A stretch of DNA of 64,000 nt from Azolla caroliniana (lineage: Eukaryota > Plantae > Polypodiophyta): assembly GCA_043228905.1 (NCBI GenBank), contig JBHGNT010000005.1, positions 1,798,001-1,862,000 of the forward strand, read 5' to 3'. The first letter of the stretch is position 1. Every line of letters starts with the position of its first letter. Below the pieces are notes generated by a model. It did not search any database and was not told the DNA's origin. It saw only the letters and a list, made by a program, of their open reading frames with translations. Position numbers and translations under genes: made by a program. Below are positions 50,788-63,034 of this stretch, piece after piece.

Positions 50788-53700
50788 ATGGGGAATGTTT
50801 TGGAAAAGTTGTTTCTTCTGAACAAGGAAGAGAACATTAAAGAGGTTTGGTCAAAAGACCCACGTATATCAAAAGACCATGATAACATTCCAGTGAGGAT
50901 GGATTTGGATACTGGAAACAATGAAATTTTTATTGATCTCACAAGTGTAGACGATGAGTTTGATCAACCGAATAGTACTGAGAAAGTCTTAGAAGACCAA
51001 TTTGTAGAACTGGACAAACCTGAAGGCTTTCTATCTGTTGCTGAAGATGTTATAGTATTGTCAGAAGATTCTTCAAGTGAGAATGGAAATGCAATGTCAC
51101 CTTTTAAGGTAGGTTCCAAAAGAACTCGACAATTCTTGCCTCGGAAAGCCAAAATACACAAGGTAGGCGTGTATGCTGAATCCAGGTTACATTCTGGACC
51201 TTCAAAGCAATCAAAAAGAGATGATGCTGAACAACAAGGGTATGAAGCTACTCTGGACCTAGATGAAGACAGGATCTCTAGTTCACGTAGCAGTAGCGCT
51301 GTGATTTATGATGCACATTCAAATCATGCAAAAATATATGTTGATGATAGAAAAGAATATTATACCATTTGCTCCAAGTCAGTAACAAATGAAAATGATA
51401 TTGTGGAGTTGAAACTGGATCATGATAGGGGAATATCTAATAGTTTCTCATCGCATTCCTCCAAAATATCTGTTGGATCATGTGGGATTGTTGAAGAAAA
51501 TGTAGGTTCATCGAGCTCCCGTAGGGCGCGATCTGGCAATACACGTGGTGAACTATCCTTTACCCCAGAGAACAAGGAAAAGAAATTGATGGAAAAGTTG
51601 CGAAGTGTTAGAATAAAACCACCTGTAAATAATAATGCCAGTGAAGGTGGGGAGCGTCAGAGTCAGAGAGATACAATGGCAGTGAAGGAAGGAAAACATA
51701 GCATGATGTATATGCAAGACAACATAAAATCAAATCAAGGTCGAAGGAAGTTCAAGAGATCTCTTTTACATCCAAAACAAAATATAAGTGCTACAACTAA
51801 ACCCAAATACACCTGTGGAAAAGAAGAAAGGAAACATAGCTTGCTGCATAGGCAGTCATGTGGAAAAAAACTGAGCTTGCAGCGACAAGACCCAAAAACT
51901 AATCAAAAGAAGCTAAAGAGAGCCATTCTTAATCCAGAAGACTTAAATGGGGCAAAGAGGCCCAGATACACACATGGAAAAGTTGAAAAGGAAGAATTCA
52001 ATAAGCCAAAAACAAATAAAAGAAAGCTAAAGAGAGCTCTTCAGCGTCAAAAAAAACTTTATGTTACAAAGAAGCTTCGACATAGCTCCAGAATGGATGG
52101 AAAGAAAGAATTTTATGATTTGTTTGAGAGGATATTGAGGAACACAGATGAACTAAGAAGGAATGGGATAACATCACCTCTTCAAATTCCTAAAGAGATT
52201 GGATCAACTCAAGTAAAGTGGGATCCAATAATATTTCACAAGCATAAAGTAGTGGAAGAATATCCTAGTAATGAAGACGACCCCTTAAAAAGTTTGTGGG
52301 AAGATATGGAGGAAGCTTCTAGAGAGATGGTATGTATCCTATTTATTTAGAAGGAAGTATCTCTACCCCAACACTACTTATCTCTAAATTTTCTTATGTG
52401 CATGTTACATGGAGAATAGGATGTGGATGAAAGAGAGGAATCTTCATGTAAGACTAATTGCAAACATGTGCTAGCGTTACATGAGGATGAAGGTTATTCG
52501 TGCATTCACTGCGGACTTGTGACACTCAGTATCGAGAAAGTCTTTCCCCCACTTGAGTATAAGGTAATTAGTTTATCAAATTGATGTCACTGTCATTTTG
52601 ATTCCATAGATTCATTTACCCACCACTTCTCTATTACACTATGTTGATTAATTGCTAAGGTAGAACTTGCATAACTTATCTTAAATGTTTTTGAATGAAT
52701 TCTTTCAGATGCATCACTACAATAATAGGAATGGGCCAGAAAGGGATCTGGATACTCTCAAGGATGACAATGAGTGCCCAGCTATTGCAAGGAATCCGGT
52801 CAATTGCAATCTAAATTCAGCATGGAGTCAAATAGAAGAACTTCAAGACAAGATGAGGGATCATCAGAAAGATGGATTTGAATTCTTGTGGAAAAATATC
52901 GGTGCTTCGTTTAAGCAAGATGGGAACCACATCGGTGGATGCATCCTAGCTCATCCTCCTGGCACAGGAAAATCTTTGCTTATCATCAGTTTCCTTAAAA
53001 GCTTCATGCATTTGAATTCCTGGAGTAGAGCGCTTATTGTTGCTCCAAAAAACATGCTTCTCCCGTGGCAGAATGAATTCAAGAAATGGAATGCAAACAT
53101 CAATGTACACTTACTGAGATCAATTAAGGCTAAACCATCCCTTGAATACTTGAAAATCATTTCAGAATGGCACCACACTACAAGTGTGCTCATTATTACG
53201 TATGGTCTTTTTTCAAAATTGACTGATGAAAGAACGGCATCAAAGAAACTAGAGTATCATAACATAGGAAAGCTTCTGTTATATATTCCAGATTTGCTTA
53301 TCATGGATGAAGGACATGTGCCAAGAAGGGATTACTCAAAGCTTAGGAAGTCGATATCACGAGTACGTACATGGGGAAGGATACTGGTATCAGGAACATT
53401 GTTCCAAAACAATGTGCATGAGCTCTTCAATAGTTTATATCTGGCTCGGCCGAACTTCCTTTATGGTCTTGATGTACCTTACCTAAATGAGAGGTATTTC
53501 TTTTCCTTAAAATCTGTCTGTTCCTCTCTCTCTTTCTCTCTTACACGCACACACACAAATTCACAGCTGTCACTATAAAAATTCTTGAATGTGGAAAATC
53601 ACTAACTAACTCCACTCTAGCAATGGGCCCGGTTTCGGCTCAAACTGAACCGAACCGATAAACTGTGGCTTAATGGTTTATAGGTTCGGAAATAAATAAA

Positions 53701-55740
53701 CGGTTTGGTTTGGTTTCAAATGTTACTAATCAGTTTCGGTTCGGTTTTGAAATTACTGGTTTATCGGTTTATAGGTTTCGGTTTATGTGGTTTGGTTTAA
53801 AGGTTTATAGGTTTATAGGTTAAAAAATACTCATAAATTTTCCCTATAGGCTCTAACTTTCAACTTTTAATTTTAAACTCTAGTTTTAACTTATTAAATT
53901 TTATATGCATTATATGTAGAGTCTCCTTTTCATTTATGATGATCACATTTATGATAAGTATGATGACAAAATTTATGATCAGTATGATGACAAAATTTAT
54001 GACAAGTATGATGACAAAATTTATGATGATTTTCTCACACAAATTTATAATAAGTATGATGATTAATATTGATAAAAAATGGGTTGGTTTGGTTTGGTTT
54101 TGATTTATGATAAACCGGTTTGGTTTGGTTTGGTTTTAAATTTTTCGTGAACGGTTTGGTTTCTCCTATTCTTTAAACGGTTTGGTTCGGTTTAAATGGC
54201 TTCAAAATTTTGAAAAAGTTTGGTTTGGTTTTTATTATTAATAAATGGTTTGGTTTGGTTTCAAGGCCAAGAAACCAGACCAAACTGGGCCCATTGCTAC
54301 TCCACTCTATGGAAAATGTTCACTTTTGTCATTTAGGATCATATTTGATCTCCAAGGAGGAGTGATGTAATAAATTCTCTCTCTCTCTCTCCATATCTTA
54401 ATATTAATAATGCCTTGTATCAAGTTAAATGTCGTGATCAGGGTGAAAAGTTGTGGAACATCATGGACTTCATATAAATTATTGAAAGAAGTTAGAAGTT
54501 ATGAAACCATTGAAATATAGAGAATTACAACAATCTTTCAAACTTCAATATTTAACTTATTTTTGGTGAATATTTCTTGTAATTCTTCAACTTTTTCTTG
54601 TACAGCAGTAATTATTAGTTACTAACAAACAAATCATGTGTTTCATGGCATGCTAGATTGGATGGTCTGGACAAGGAAAACATCAAACAGTGGCAACGGT
54701 TTGAAGAGTTTCAAGCTGGAAGGACAAAAGCTGAAGAGGAAACAGAAGCGAGGTCAAGGAAACTATTTCTTGAGGAAATAGGAAGTAAATTGGATAAAAG
54801 CAATGAAGAAGAATTTCGAAGTGGAATAAAGAAGTATAGATCCATTACTGCATCTTTCGTGCATTCCTATGATGGAGATATTTTGAATATATTGCCAGGC
54901 CTAAAAGAATCAGTTGTCCTACTACAAGCAACACATGTACAAGAGAATATATTGAATGAAGTAAAAAAGCTTCAGCTTCGAGCAATGATCGCGGAGTACC
55001 TTGATACACTCATTAATATACATCCTTCCTTACTTCTAGAAGTACGGATCCCAAGGGATTCTCTCTCAATTGATGACAGAAAACTACAAGAAATGAGGAA
55101 AGACCCGACGGGAGGAGGAAAGGTGCAATTTATTCTGGACATGGCCTACCATTGCCAATCGACAAAAGAAAAACTCTTGATATTTAGTCAGTATATTGCA
55201 CCATTAAAGCTCGTGAAAGAACTGCTGGAAGAGAAGTTCAAGGTATTCTTAATAACAGGAAAAAGCTTAATGTTGGAGCGGCAAGAGATAATGGAGAGCT
55301 TCAATGGTGCGAAGGGAGGCACACATATCTTATTAGCATCATTAACAGCATGTGGAGAGGGCATAAACCTAACCGGAGCTTCACGTGTTATATTCTTAGA
55401 TATGCATTGGAATCCATCGAGGATGAAACAAGCTTCAAGTAGAGCTTTTAGGATTGGACAAAAGAATATTGTTTATACATATTGGCTTATAGCATCAGGA
55501 GAAAAAGAGGCTAACAAGTACACAAGAATCGAGAAGAAAGCTTCACTTTCAAGGTCAATAGTTGCATCAAAAACACGTGAATGTGTATGCAAGCAAGAGA
55601 ATTCAAACACTCCAAATGTGATTGGAGAGGATGTGATACTTCATCAACTCATGAAGAACAATGACATGAAAATAATAGATGTTATTCAACGGAGTGCATT
55701 GGAAGAGGAAGATAATCTTTCAGCCCTGCTAAGACAATAG
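50788..55740 (+). CDS. SNF2-family chromatin remodeler, CLASSY/DRD1 (RdDM) subfamily, ~1184 aa, 4 exons
   Basis: Exons 50788-52329, 52420-52563, 52709-53493, 54657-55740 splice in frame (3555 nt). Motifs CKH...EGYSCIHCGLV, GGCILAHPPGTGKS, LLIMDEGHVPR, RILVSGTLFQN, ACGEGINLTGASRV, WNPS...QASSRAFRIGQK. Confidence 0.92.
53618..54299. mobile_element. hAT-type MITE (682 bp) in SNF2 intron 3
   Basis: TIRs TAGCAATGGGCCC(g/a)GTTT at both ends; 8-bp TSD CTCCACTC at 53610-53617 and 54300-54307; many subterminal GGTTT/AACCG motifs; no ORF. Confidence 0.93.
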
Positions 55741-56590
55741 AGACTTTGTGTGATATATAGATCAACAGGCCCTTGATTTCTTTCCTTGCCCCACCTTCCC
55801 TCCTATATGTTAATTGGATTTTGGTTTTGCCAATGCTCATATCGATTTGTACATACAAAAAATTCAATTATTATATTGCTCAGAATTGTACTCAACATAA
55901 TTGTAAAGCTAAAAACCAATTTTGCATTACTTCGTATTACAGGGGAGAAACATTAATGTGTCTACAAAAAGAGCCTTTTAGGTCTACATTTGTACGCTGA
56001 TGGGTTCCATTGAAACTTACATAGTGATGTCTGTGCATAAATCTCTTCAAGATTGTTTTCTCCTGAAAGGTTATTGAAGTAAAACAATATTTAATTAGCA
56101 GATAACTCTGATAGATCCGCACCATCAATCTAACTTGTCACCTTGAAACATATACATGCTTATGCATATACCAGGTTATAAACTATTAAACACCATGGGG
56201 CCACAGGCATTGAGAAGAAATACCAGATACAAGTGTACAATACCTGAAAACAAATTAATCAACATGGGATAGGAAGGGTGAAAATATTTGAAATAGAATT
56301 AATATCAATAAACAGATCACGGTGTCTTTGCTACAATATATATTTTTAAATTTTGTCAAAGAATACAACAACAAACTTCTTGAAGAGCAGTGTAGCAGCA
56401 CTCCAACGTATTGGTACAGTAAATTTAATTGGAGTTGACTGTAAGATTAGTATAGATTGCCTATCCATAAATTGGGATTGAAAATAAGTTGATGTTGACA
56501 ATGATTCGAATCTTAGTGAGAAATAATTTAAATTACAAAACACTAACGTGAATCTGCGTGAATGAGGGCTGTCGTATGCATATCACTGGA

Positions 56591-57096
56591 TCATCTACTG
56601 TTTTCCTCATTGGAGCTTATCCAAAAAGGACATTCTCCTTTCTATGTAAATATTTGAAGAAGATATTCAAGGATTACCATTTCTTCTCCGAACATAACAT
56701 GAAGCTCCCCATTTTGTAGCAAGATCTATATATCATCCAGGGATGAATTATTCAAGTGTATTTGTTTGGAAGAAACAGCAGGATTGTATCACCAGGAATC
56801 TATTTTGACGTAATCTGAAGCATAGAATTATGTATCACAATCATCATCTACTGTTTTCCTCATTGGAGCTTATCCAAAAAGGACATTCTCCTTTCTATGT
56901 AAATATTTGAAGAAGATATTCAAGGATTACCATTTCTTCTCCGAACATAACATGAAGCTCCCCATTTTGTAGCAAGATCTATATATCATCCAGGGATGAA
57001 TTATTCAAGTGTATTTGTTTGGAAGAAACAGCAGGATTGTATCACCAGGAATCTATTTTGACGTAATCTGAAGCATAGAATTATGTATCACAATCA
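56591..57096. repeat. 253-bp tandem duplication, apparently identical copies
   Basis: tcatctactgttttcctc...tatcacaatca at 56591-56843 and 56844-57096. Confidence 0.95.
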
Positions 57097-59420
57097 CAAG
57101 GCCTCACACGTCACTTCCATGAATTAATTAAGCATACCCATCCTTCCAGTGAAGAATGTATGAACATTATTTCCATTATCATACAACGAAATGCTTCCAT
57201 ACATTTTACTTTTATGTGTTTGCAATGATTGATGAAACACCAAACCGTGCCTACCTTAGAAAATACTGAATACACAACCTTCTTGAAATGAGCTTCATTC
57301 CAGAAACTCTTTTTCTTAATGAATGCCAGCGGATTATGCGAAACTAAATGCACGACTTTTTTTCGAAGATTACCTTCTACTAGAAACACTGCCCACCATG
57401 TTTTGAATGATTCGTTGCATTTTTGCCACTGACCATCAGTACACAATAATTTCTCAATGTGCATACACACTATATGCATTGGAAGCAAAAACCATATGAT
57501 TGATTTGTTATCTATAGAATTACAGAACTCTTTCCTCCAATTCAATTAATTTTACGATCTTCAAGCAGATGACAGCTGACCTTTATTTGAGCTAACAGCA
57601 CAACCCATCATGAAATGGAGAAATCTGACGACATTCAGGATGTTGAGGATTAAACTGCCATTTGACATGGAGTAAGAACAAATTTTGAATTTTTTCTATT
57701 TCATTCCAAGCACAAAATTTGTTCTATTTCATTCCATGCACTAAGTTCTACCCCATAAAAGCAACACTTGAAACACCATAACGTTGAATAACATCATCCC
57801 ACTTTCCATATTCTACAATCACTTTGGCTGCCTAAATCCTCAAACATATATAATAACTATTCTAATTTGCCATGACAAGCTATAGGCTATCTATCCACTC
57901 CATTTACATGTGAATCTACCGAAACATCTCAAAAACAAATTTGATCCGCCCTTAGTGCTCTCACAGGAAAACCATACTAATTACGAAAAAAGGAAAAAAC
58001 CTAATTGCCAAAAAAGAAAAGCTCAGCTTCACTGTAACCCTCTGTGGAGCATAGAAAAAGAAGAATCTCTTGAAACCCTCCAATAAATTTATAGAATGTT
58101 GAATGAGAAATGGTTATTGACATACGGTAATCGGTCTCTAGTTAATGTTAAAAGCTATATCTCTCTCTAAAATCGAGAGTCTAGACTCTTAAGGAGGTTG
58201 CCTGTGGTCATATAAATACATAGTCTTGGCTTCCACTTCTGTACCAAATTTATCTAGTCACCTAATATTCTTATGGAATCTCAGATTCCATATAAGATGT
58301 CTCTTGAAGTTGGGATTAAAAAACGTAAAAATATCCAATTCGGTGGTTTTTTATTGGAGTGATAATGGTTTGAATTGAACTCTTTTGAGCATTTCTTCAT
58401 ATGTACTTACAGTGACAGTCAAGTAATGTCCCTTGATTCCGCACTTTCTAGCATCTTGCAACTTCATCCTCAATGCCTCCATTAATCTTTCTTTGATGAT
58501 CACATACTTCACATGATCACTTGAGGCTGCCTAAAAATCTTCCAATCCATCTTTTAATCCATTTGCTGATGTCTAGCACCCAACCAGATGAGAGGATTTT
58601 GTTGAGAAACAGAGAAAGGAATTTATTGTGGGTGAATAAACCATTACTCAGTACCATCTATTTATGCTGAAATGATTTACAAGCTTGTGTACGCAACCTA
58701 CAAATGCTAATTTACATTTTACACAACGCCTTTCTTCCTTACTCAGTCTGAAGATGTTTCTGCTTTTAATTTTACCATGTATGATGAGACTATCATTGCT
58801 ATGATGTACATCAAATATTACACACGTGTTACCACTAAAATATGGTCTTCTTTAACTTATGTCATCCACCGATAATATCATCGTCTTGGCAGCATTGGCA
58901 GCATTGATAAACCATCACCAATCCTTGTTCTTCCATCTTTACAAGGTGTTCAGGCTGCTCAATCTTTCCAAAAAAAACACCCAATATTACGAACAGAAAA
59001 CAGATCCAAGACTTCGTATGTAAAATGTTCTTACGAAAGACATTGGCTAACATGCCAGATAAACAAATATTCACAAAAAGCTTCTTAATTAAGGCTTATC
59101 ATATCTCTGCCTCTTTGGCAAGTTTGAATAGCACATTTCTAATAGTTACAGAAGCTTGGTCAAGGTCTGGCCCAAATACCCACTGGCTTATAAGACATCA
59201 TTTGTGTCCTTCAAAAGACAGTTTCCAAGATGTCACTGAAGAGCAAAATATCTTCGTATTAGAAAACTAAACATTTCCATAAACATCTTAAAGCTATGGT
59301 TTATATATTATTCCGATTTCTGTTGATGAGTCGCATATTTCTAGTAGTGGCTACATGAGCTTCTCAAAACTATGGCCAAAATAAACAAGCTGTTGAATGA
59401 GATTTAAATGTTTCTAATCC

Positions 59421-60905
59421 TTACAGACAGTTAGCAAGTTGTTGAATTGCACAGAACATCTTCCGGCGAGACCCGACGGCAGGGATGCCCATCTCTTTTA
59501 GGTCATCAAGGGTCAACAAAGGCAAGACTTGTGGATCAACCTCATGCACCTCGAAATGTTGTGCATATTTTGTCAAACCAAGATCTTCGAGCCATCCTGC
59601 TATGCCATTCAACAAATGAGAATGCTGTTTAGGGGCTTCTTTGTTTCCACGACACTCACTGATCGGTTGCTCACATATATCATTCCATTGTTTTTCTTCT
59701 TGCAAGGCCTTGGTTTCAATATCATCTTCGCAATTCTTTTTGAGTTCTTTGCAATTTTGTTTTATGTTTTTCCAAGTCAACACATTGCCTCCAGTTCTTA
59801 CCTGTATCTCCTGTCCTCCCTCAAGCAAGTATTTCCTAGAGATCTTCTGAGAGATTTGTTCTTGTTGAGATTTTACCTGTGGCCTACTCTCCATCGAATT
59901 ACTAGTCTCTTTCATGTCATTCTGCTCATTCTGCTCATCCAACTCATCCAGATCACAGTCTCGAAAGCCTTCAGGCGTATGGCACTCATTTCCTTCATCA
60001 GAGTGTATGTCCTTCGCATCCCCTTCTTCATCATCAGAATGTGATTCGTTTACATTCCCATCCTCTGCATCATCAGAGTGTAGTTCTTTTAAATCCTCTG
60101 GATCAGAATTCTCTTCTACATTCTCCATAAACGAATCCAATTTAGAGCCATTATCTATGTTATGAACTTCTCTGTCGATGTTCTTGACAAACTTCTCAGA
60201 AGACCTCACACAAACTGCACCATGGGAGTTTCGGTTCTGATCCAGCCAGCTATCCTTAGGGACTATAATAGTGCATGTGGAAGAAACATCAGGAGGCATA
60301 ACAGTATGCTGCAAACCATCACCATCACCATGGAACCTTCCATTGTTTGGATGAAAGGAAGACCAGGTTTTGGAAGATCTGGCTGATTTTCTGTGATTCC
60401 CTGGAGTAGAGACTAAAGCTCTGTTTCTTTCCAAATCAGCTGTATTCTCCTTCAATCTGGTATTATTTGTCAATACAGATGTGGGCTTTTTTCTCCTCTC
60501 TGTCGTGAAAGGTGCAGAAAAGCGACCTTCCATTTCTTTCTTTCTTCTCTCTGTCAATAAAGATGTACTCTGATCCAAAATCTCATTCTTCCTTATTTCC
60601 GCCGGGAAAGAAGGCTGATCTATTGTTTGTTTCATTCTTCTTTCTGTCAAGAAAAATGCAGATTGATCTGCTGTTTCTTTCTTGTTTCTTCGTTCTGTGG
60701 TGAAAGCTGCAGACGGATCTATTGTTTCTTTTTTGTGTCTTCTTTCTGTCATGAAAGCTGCAGGTTGATCACCTATTTCTCCTAATCTAACACTCGGTCG
60801 CCTCTGACGTTTCGTGCCATGAGGACTTACAAGAGACTGGTCACAATTGATAGCAGGAAACGGCATCTGAGGTTGATCTGATTCTCTCCTTTCACACAAA
60901 TGCAT
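59421..60905 (-). CDS. Sterile alpha motif (SAM) domain protein, 494 aa, single coding exon
   Basis: C-terminal GIAGWLEDLGLTKYAQHFEVHEVDPQVLPLLTLDDLKEMGIPAVGSRRKMFCAIQQL and N-terminal KRQRRPSVRLGEIG, typical of plant SAM proteins. Confidence 0.92.
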   Translation of the reverse strand: MHLCERRESDQPQMPFPAINCDQSLVSPHGTKRQRRPSVRLGEIGDQPAAFMTERRHKKETIDPSAAFTTERRNKKETADQSAFFLTERRMKQTIDQPSFPAEIRKNEILDQSTSLLTERRKKEMEGRFSAPFTTERRKKPTSVLTNNTRLKENTADLERNRALVSTPGNHRKSARSSKTWSSFHPNNGRFHGDGDGLQHTVMPPDVSSTCTIIVPKDSWLDQNRNSHGAVCVRSSEKFVKNIDREVHNIDNGSKLDSFMENVEENSDPEDLKELHSDDAEDGNVNESHSDDEEGDAKDIHSDEGNECHTPEGFRDCDLDELDEQNEQNDMKETSNSMESRPQVKSQQEQISQKISRKYLLEGGQEIQVRTGGNVLTWKNIKQNCKELKKNCEDDIETKALQEEKQWNDICEQPISECRGNKEAPKQHSHLLNGIAGWLEDLGLTKYAQHFEVHEVDPQVLPLLTLDDLKEMGIPAVGSRRKMFCAIQQLANCL

Positions 60906-61399
60906 CCAAGAAAACCGTTTCAGAAACTTGAAGAGATATAGAAATGAAACAAAGAAACCGTATTATCTCCTCCTCCTTCTAAAGCACAGAAACCCTATTT
61001 TTCTATTTTCACCTATACCCGAGAAACCCTAGCCTTTGTGCAGAAACGCCGGTGCTCTTCTCATTCTTTTATTCGTAACAAAGAGAAACCCTAGAAGGTT
61101 GCAGAAAGCCCGGGATTCTTCTCCTCTTCCGTTCGATTTTGATCAGAGGCAGCGATGAATCAAAGCAAAGAGAAAACAAAGAACCTTAAAACTTACAAAA
61201 AAATCAACAGGAGGAAGAAGAAAACATGTGCTGGACACCCAAAGAGGAGGAGGGCTGTTGTGCGTCGTCTTCTTCTGTCAATCTACTTGTCAGAGGTGAA
61301 TGAAGAACGCCATTGCCAGTTATATATATATATACTGTAGAAGTGAGCTACCATTGCCTGGCCCATCCAGAGAGATCATCATGTCTGTCTCCATGGAGA

Positions 61400-61474
61400 T
61401 GGATGTAGCTCAGTTGGTAATGTTGTCCAATGGAGACTACAAGGTCATGGGTTCAACTCCGAAATTACATTCCA
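61400..61474 (+). mobile_element. tRNA-like element (SINE head or tRNA pseudogene)
   Basis: A box TAGCTCAGTTGG (61406-61417), B box GGTTCAACTCC (61450-61460), ends pair (tggatgtag / ttacattcca); anticodon arm not canonical. Confidence 0.55.
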
Positions 61475-63034
61475 TAGTAATTTACGATAAAAGAAAACAA
61501 AATACAAAGTGACATTTCAATCAGGTCTAATTGTTACCAATGCAAATTAGAGAAGGAAGGACATGTATAGCTTGCTAGAGATGAATCTCCTTGCAATAAG
61601 CCCTAAATGTGAGCTTGTTTCGAGAAGGAAGGACATGTATAACTTGTTGATGAGTCTCATTGTGGCATAGGAATGTACAAGTATGTTTGAGACAATAGAG
61701 GTAGTAGATTGACCATCTTTATAGTCAATTATGACATGAGCAACCAATGCGGAACACAATTTCACAATCTAAAGAAGAGAGCTTAACCTCACCAATAGAC
61801 TCTCGATAGCATCTCAAACTATCATGATGAAGCGAGTAGCCAATATCCTTTATATAGGTCAATGCACGTTGCTCCCAGACCACCACTTGTTCCTACATGC
61901 CATATGTCCTTATGTGTTTATCCCACTTCCTAGAATAATCAATTTCCCGACTAGCAACCCATTACTGTTAGGATAGCCATCAAATGACCAGACTTCTTGT
62001 TATTGTCTCAATTTTTCATGTTGGGTTTGATGTTCTCATCTAGCAAAAGTCTATACATTGGTCCTCTCTGCATTTATCACTCATTGGTTGATGCTTAATG
62101 GCTTACAAAGTGGTGTTAACGACTTCCCAATATATTAACCCATGTTGGATGTTGCATAGAGACCTAGCTAATACAACTATTATTGACCAATTAGTATGAA
62201 GCTACATTTTGTTGGAAGTTGGTAGTTCCACAACCATTGGTTAAGTGGCTTGCCATACATGGAATCTTCAAGATCACAAGGTGTGAGTTTAAGACTAGAA
62301 GATGTAAAGTCACATTAATCTTTCAAAGCTTTGTATCCATGTACACCTTTAGGGAAAGGAGTGAGTTTCCAACTAGTCGTGCCTTGGTGTCTCCCATAAC
62401 AATCAATTGTTTGGGTATCATCTTTCTATTTTATTTTCACTAAGGTGTTACAAAAAGCAAAATACCACAAGTGCATAAAAGTACACATCAACTAAAAAGG
62501 AAATAGTTACTTTGACATTGGCCATAAATAGAACTGATGTGCAATGGTAAGAATTGTTGTGCAAGAGACAATTGTAAATAGTATTGATGAATATGTACTC
62601 CATTTTATGAAAATGTTCAACTATGTTTTCACCATTTTGTTACATTAAATGATGGGTAAAAATTGTTTAGGCAATAAAGCTAAACATATCATTTTCTTTT
62701 TCATCTCACAAATTTCGTAAGCTGCTCACTCACCTACTGGCAATGAACCATATTCTCAACTGGAAGTCATCTTCAGATTGACTTGAAATCTTTTCTCTAA
62801 CGTTGATCCAGCAATGCAGTATTGGCTCCATATATATTGTTGAATAAAATTTATGATCTACATGGATTGTGTAGGTCTTTTATTTCCTCTTTTTTTCTTT
62901 TGGATGCGGGGTAGTTCTGATTCTATACGTGGCAACCAGGCCAGAGGTGGGGCTTGAACTTCCAACCTGTAGAATAATACAAGGCAAGAACCTGAACCTC
63001 AGTATAACTTGTTAAACATTTGACATTCCTTAGT

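Noticed and set aside
57111-59270. Short ORFs downstream of the SAM gene
   Set aside because: No domains; likely UTR, intron or intergenic sequence
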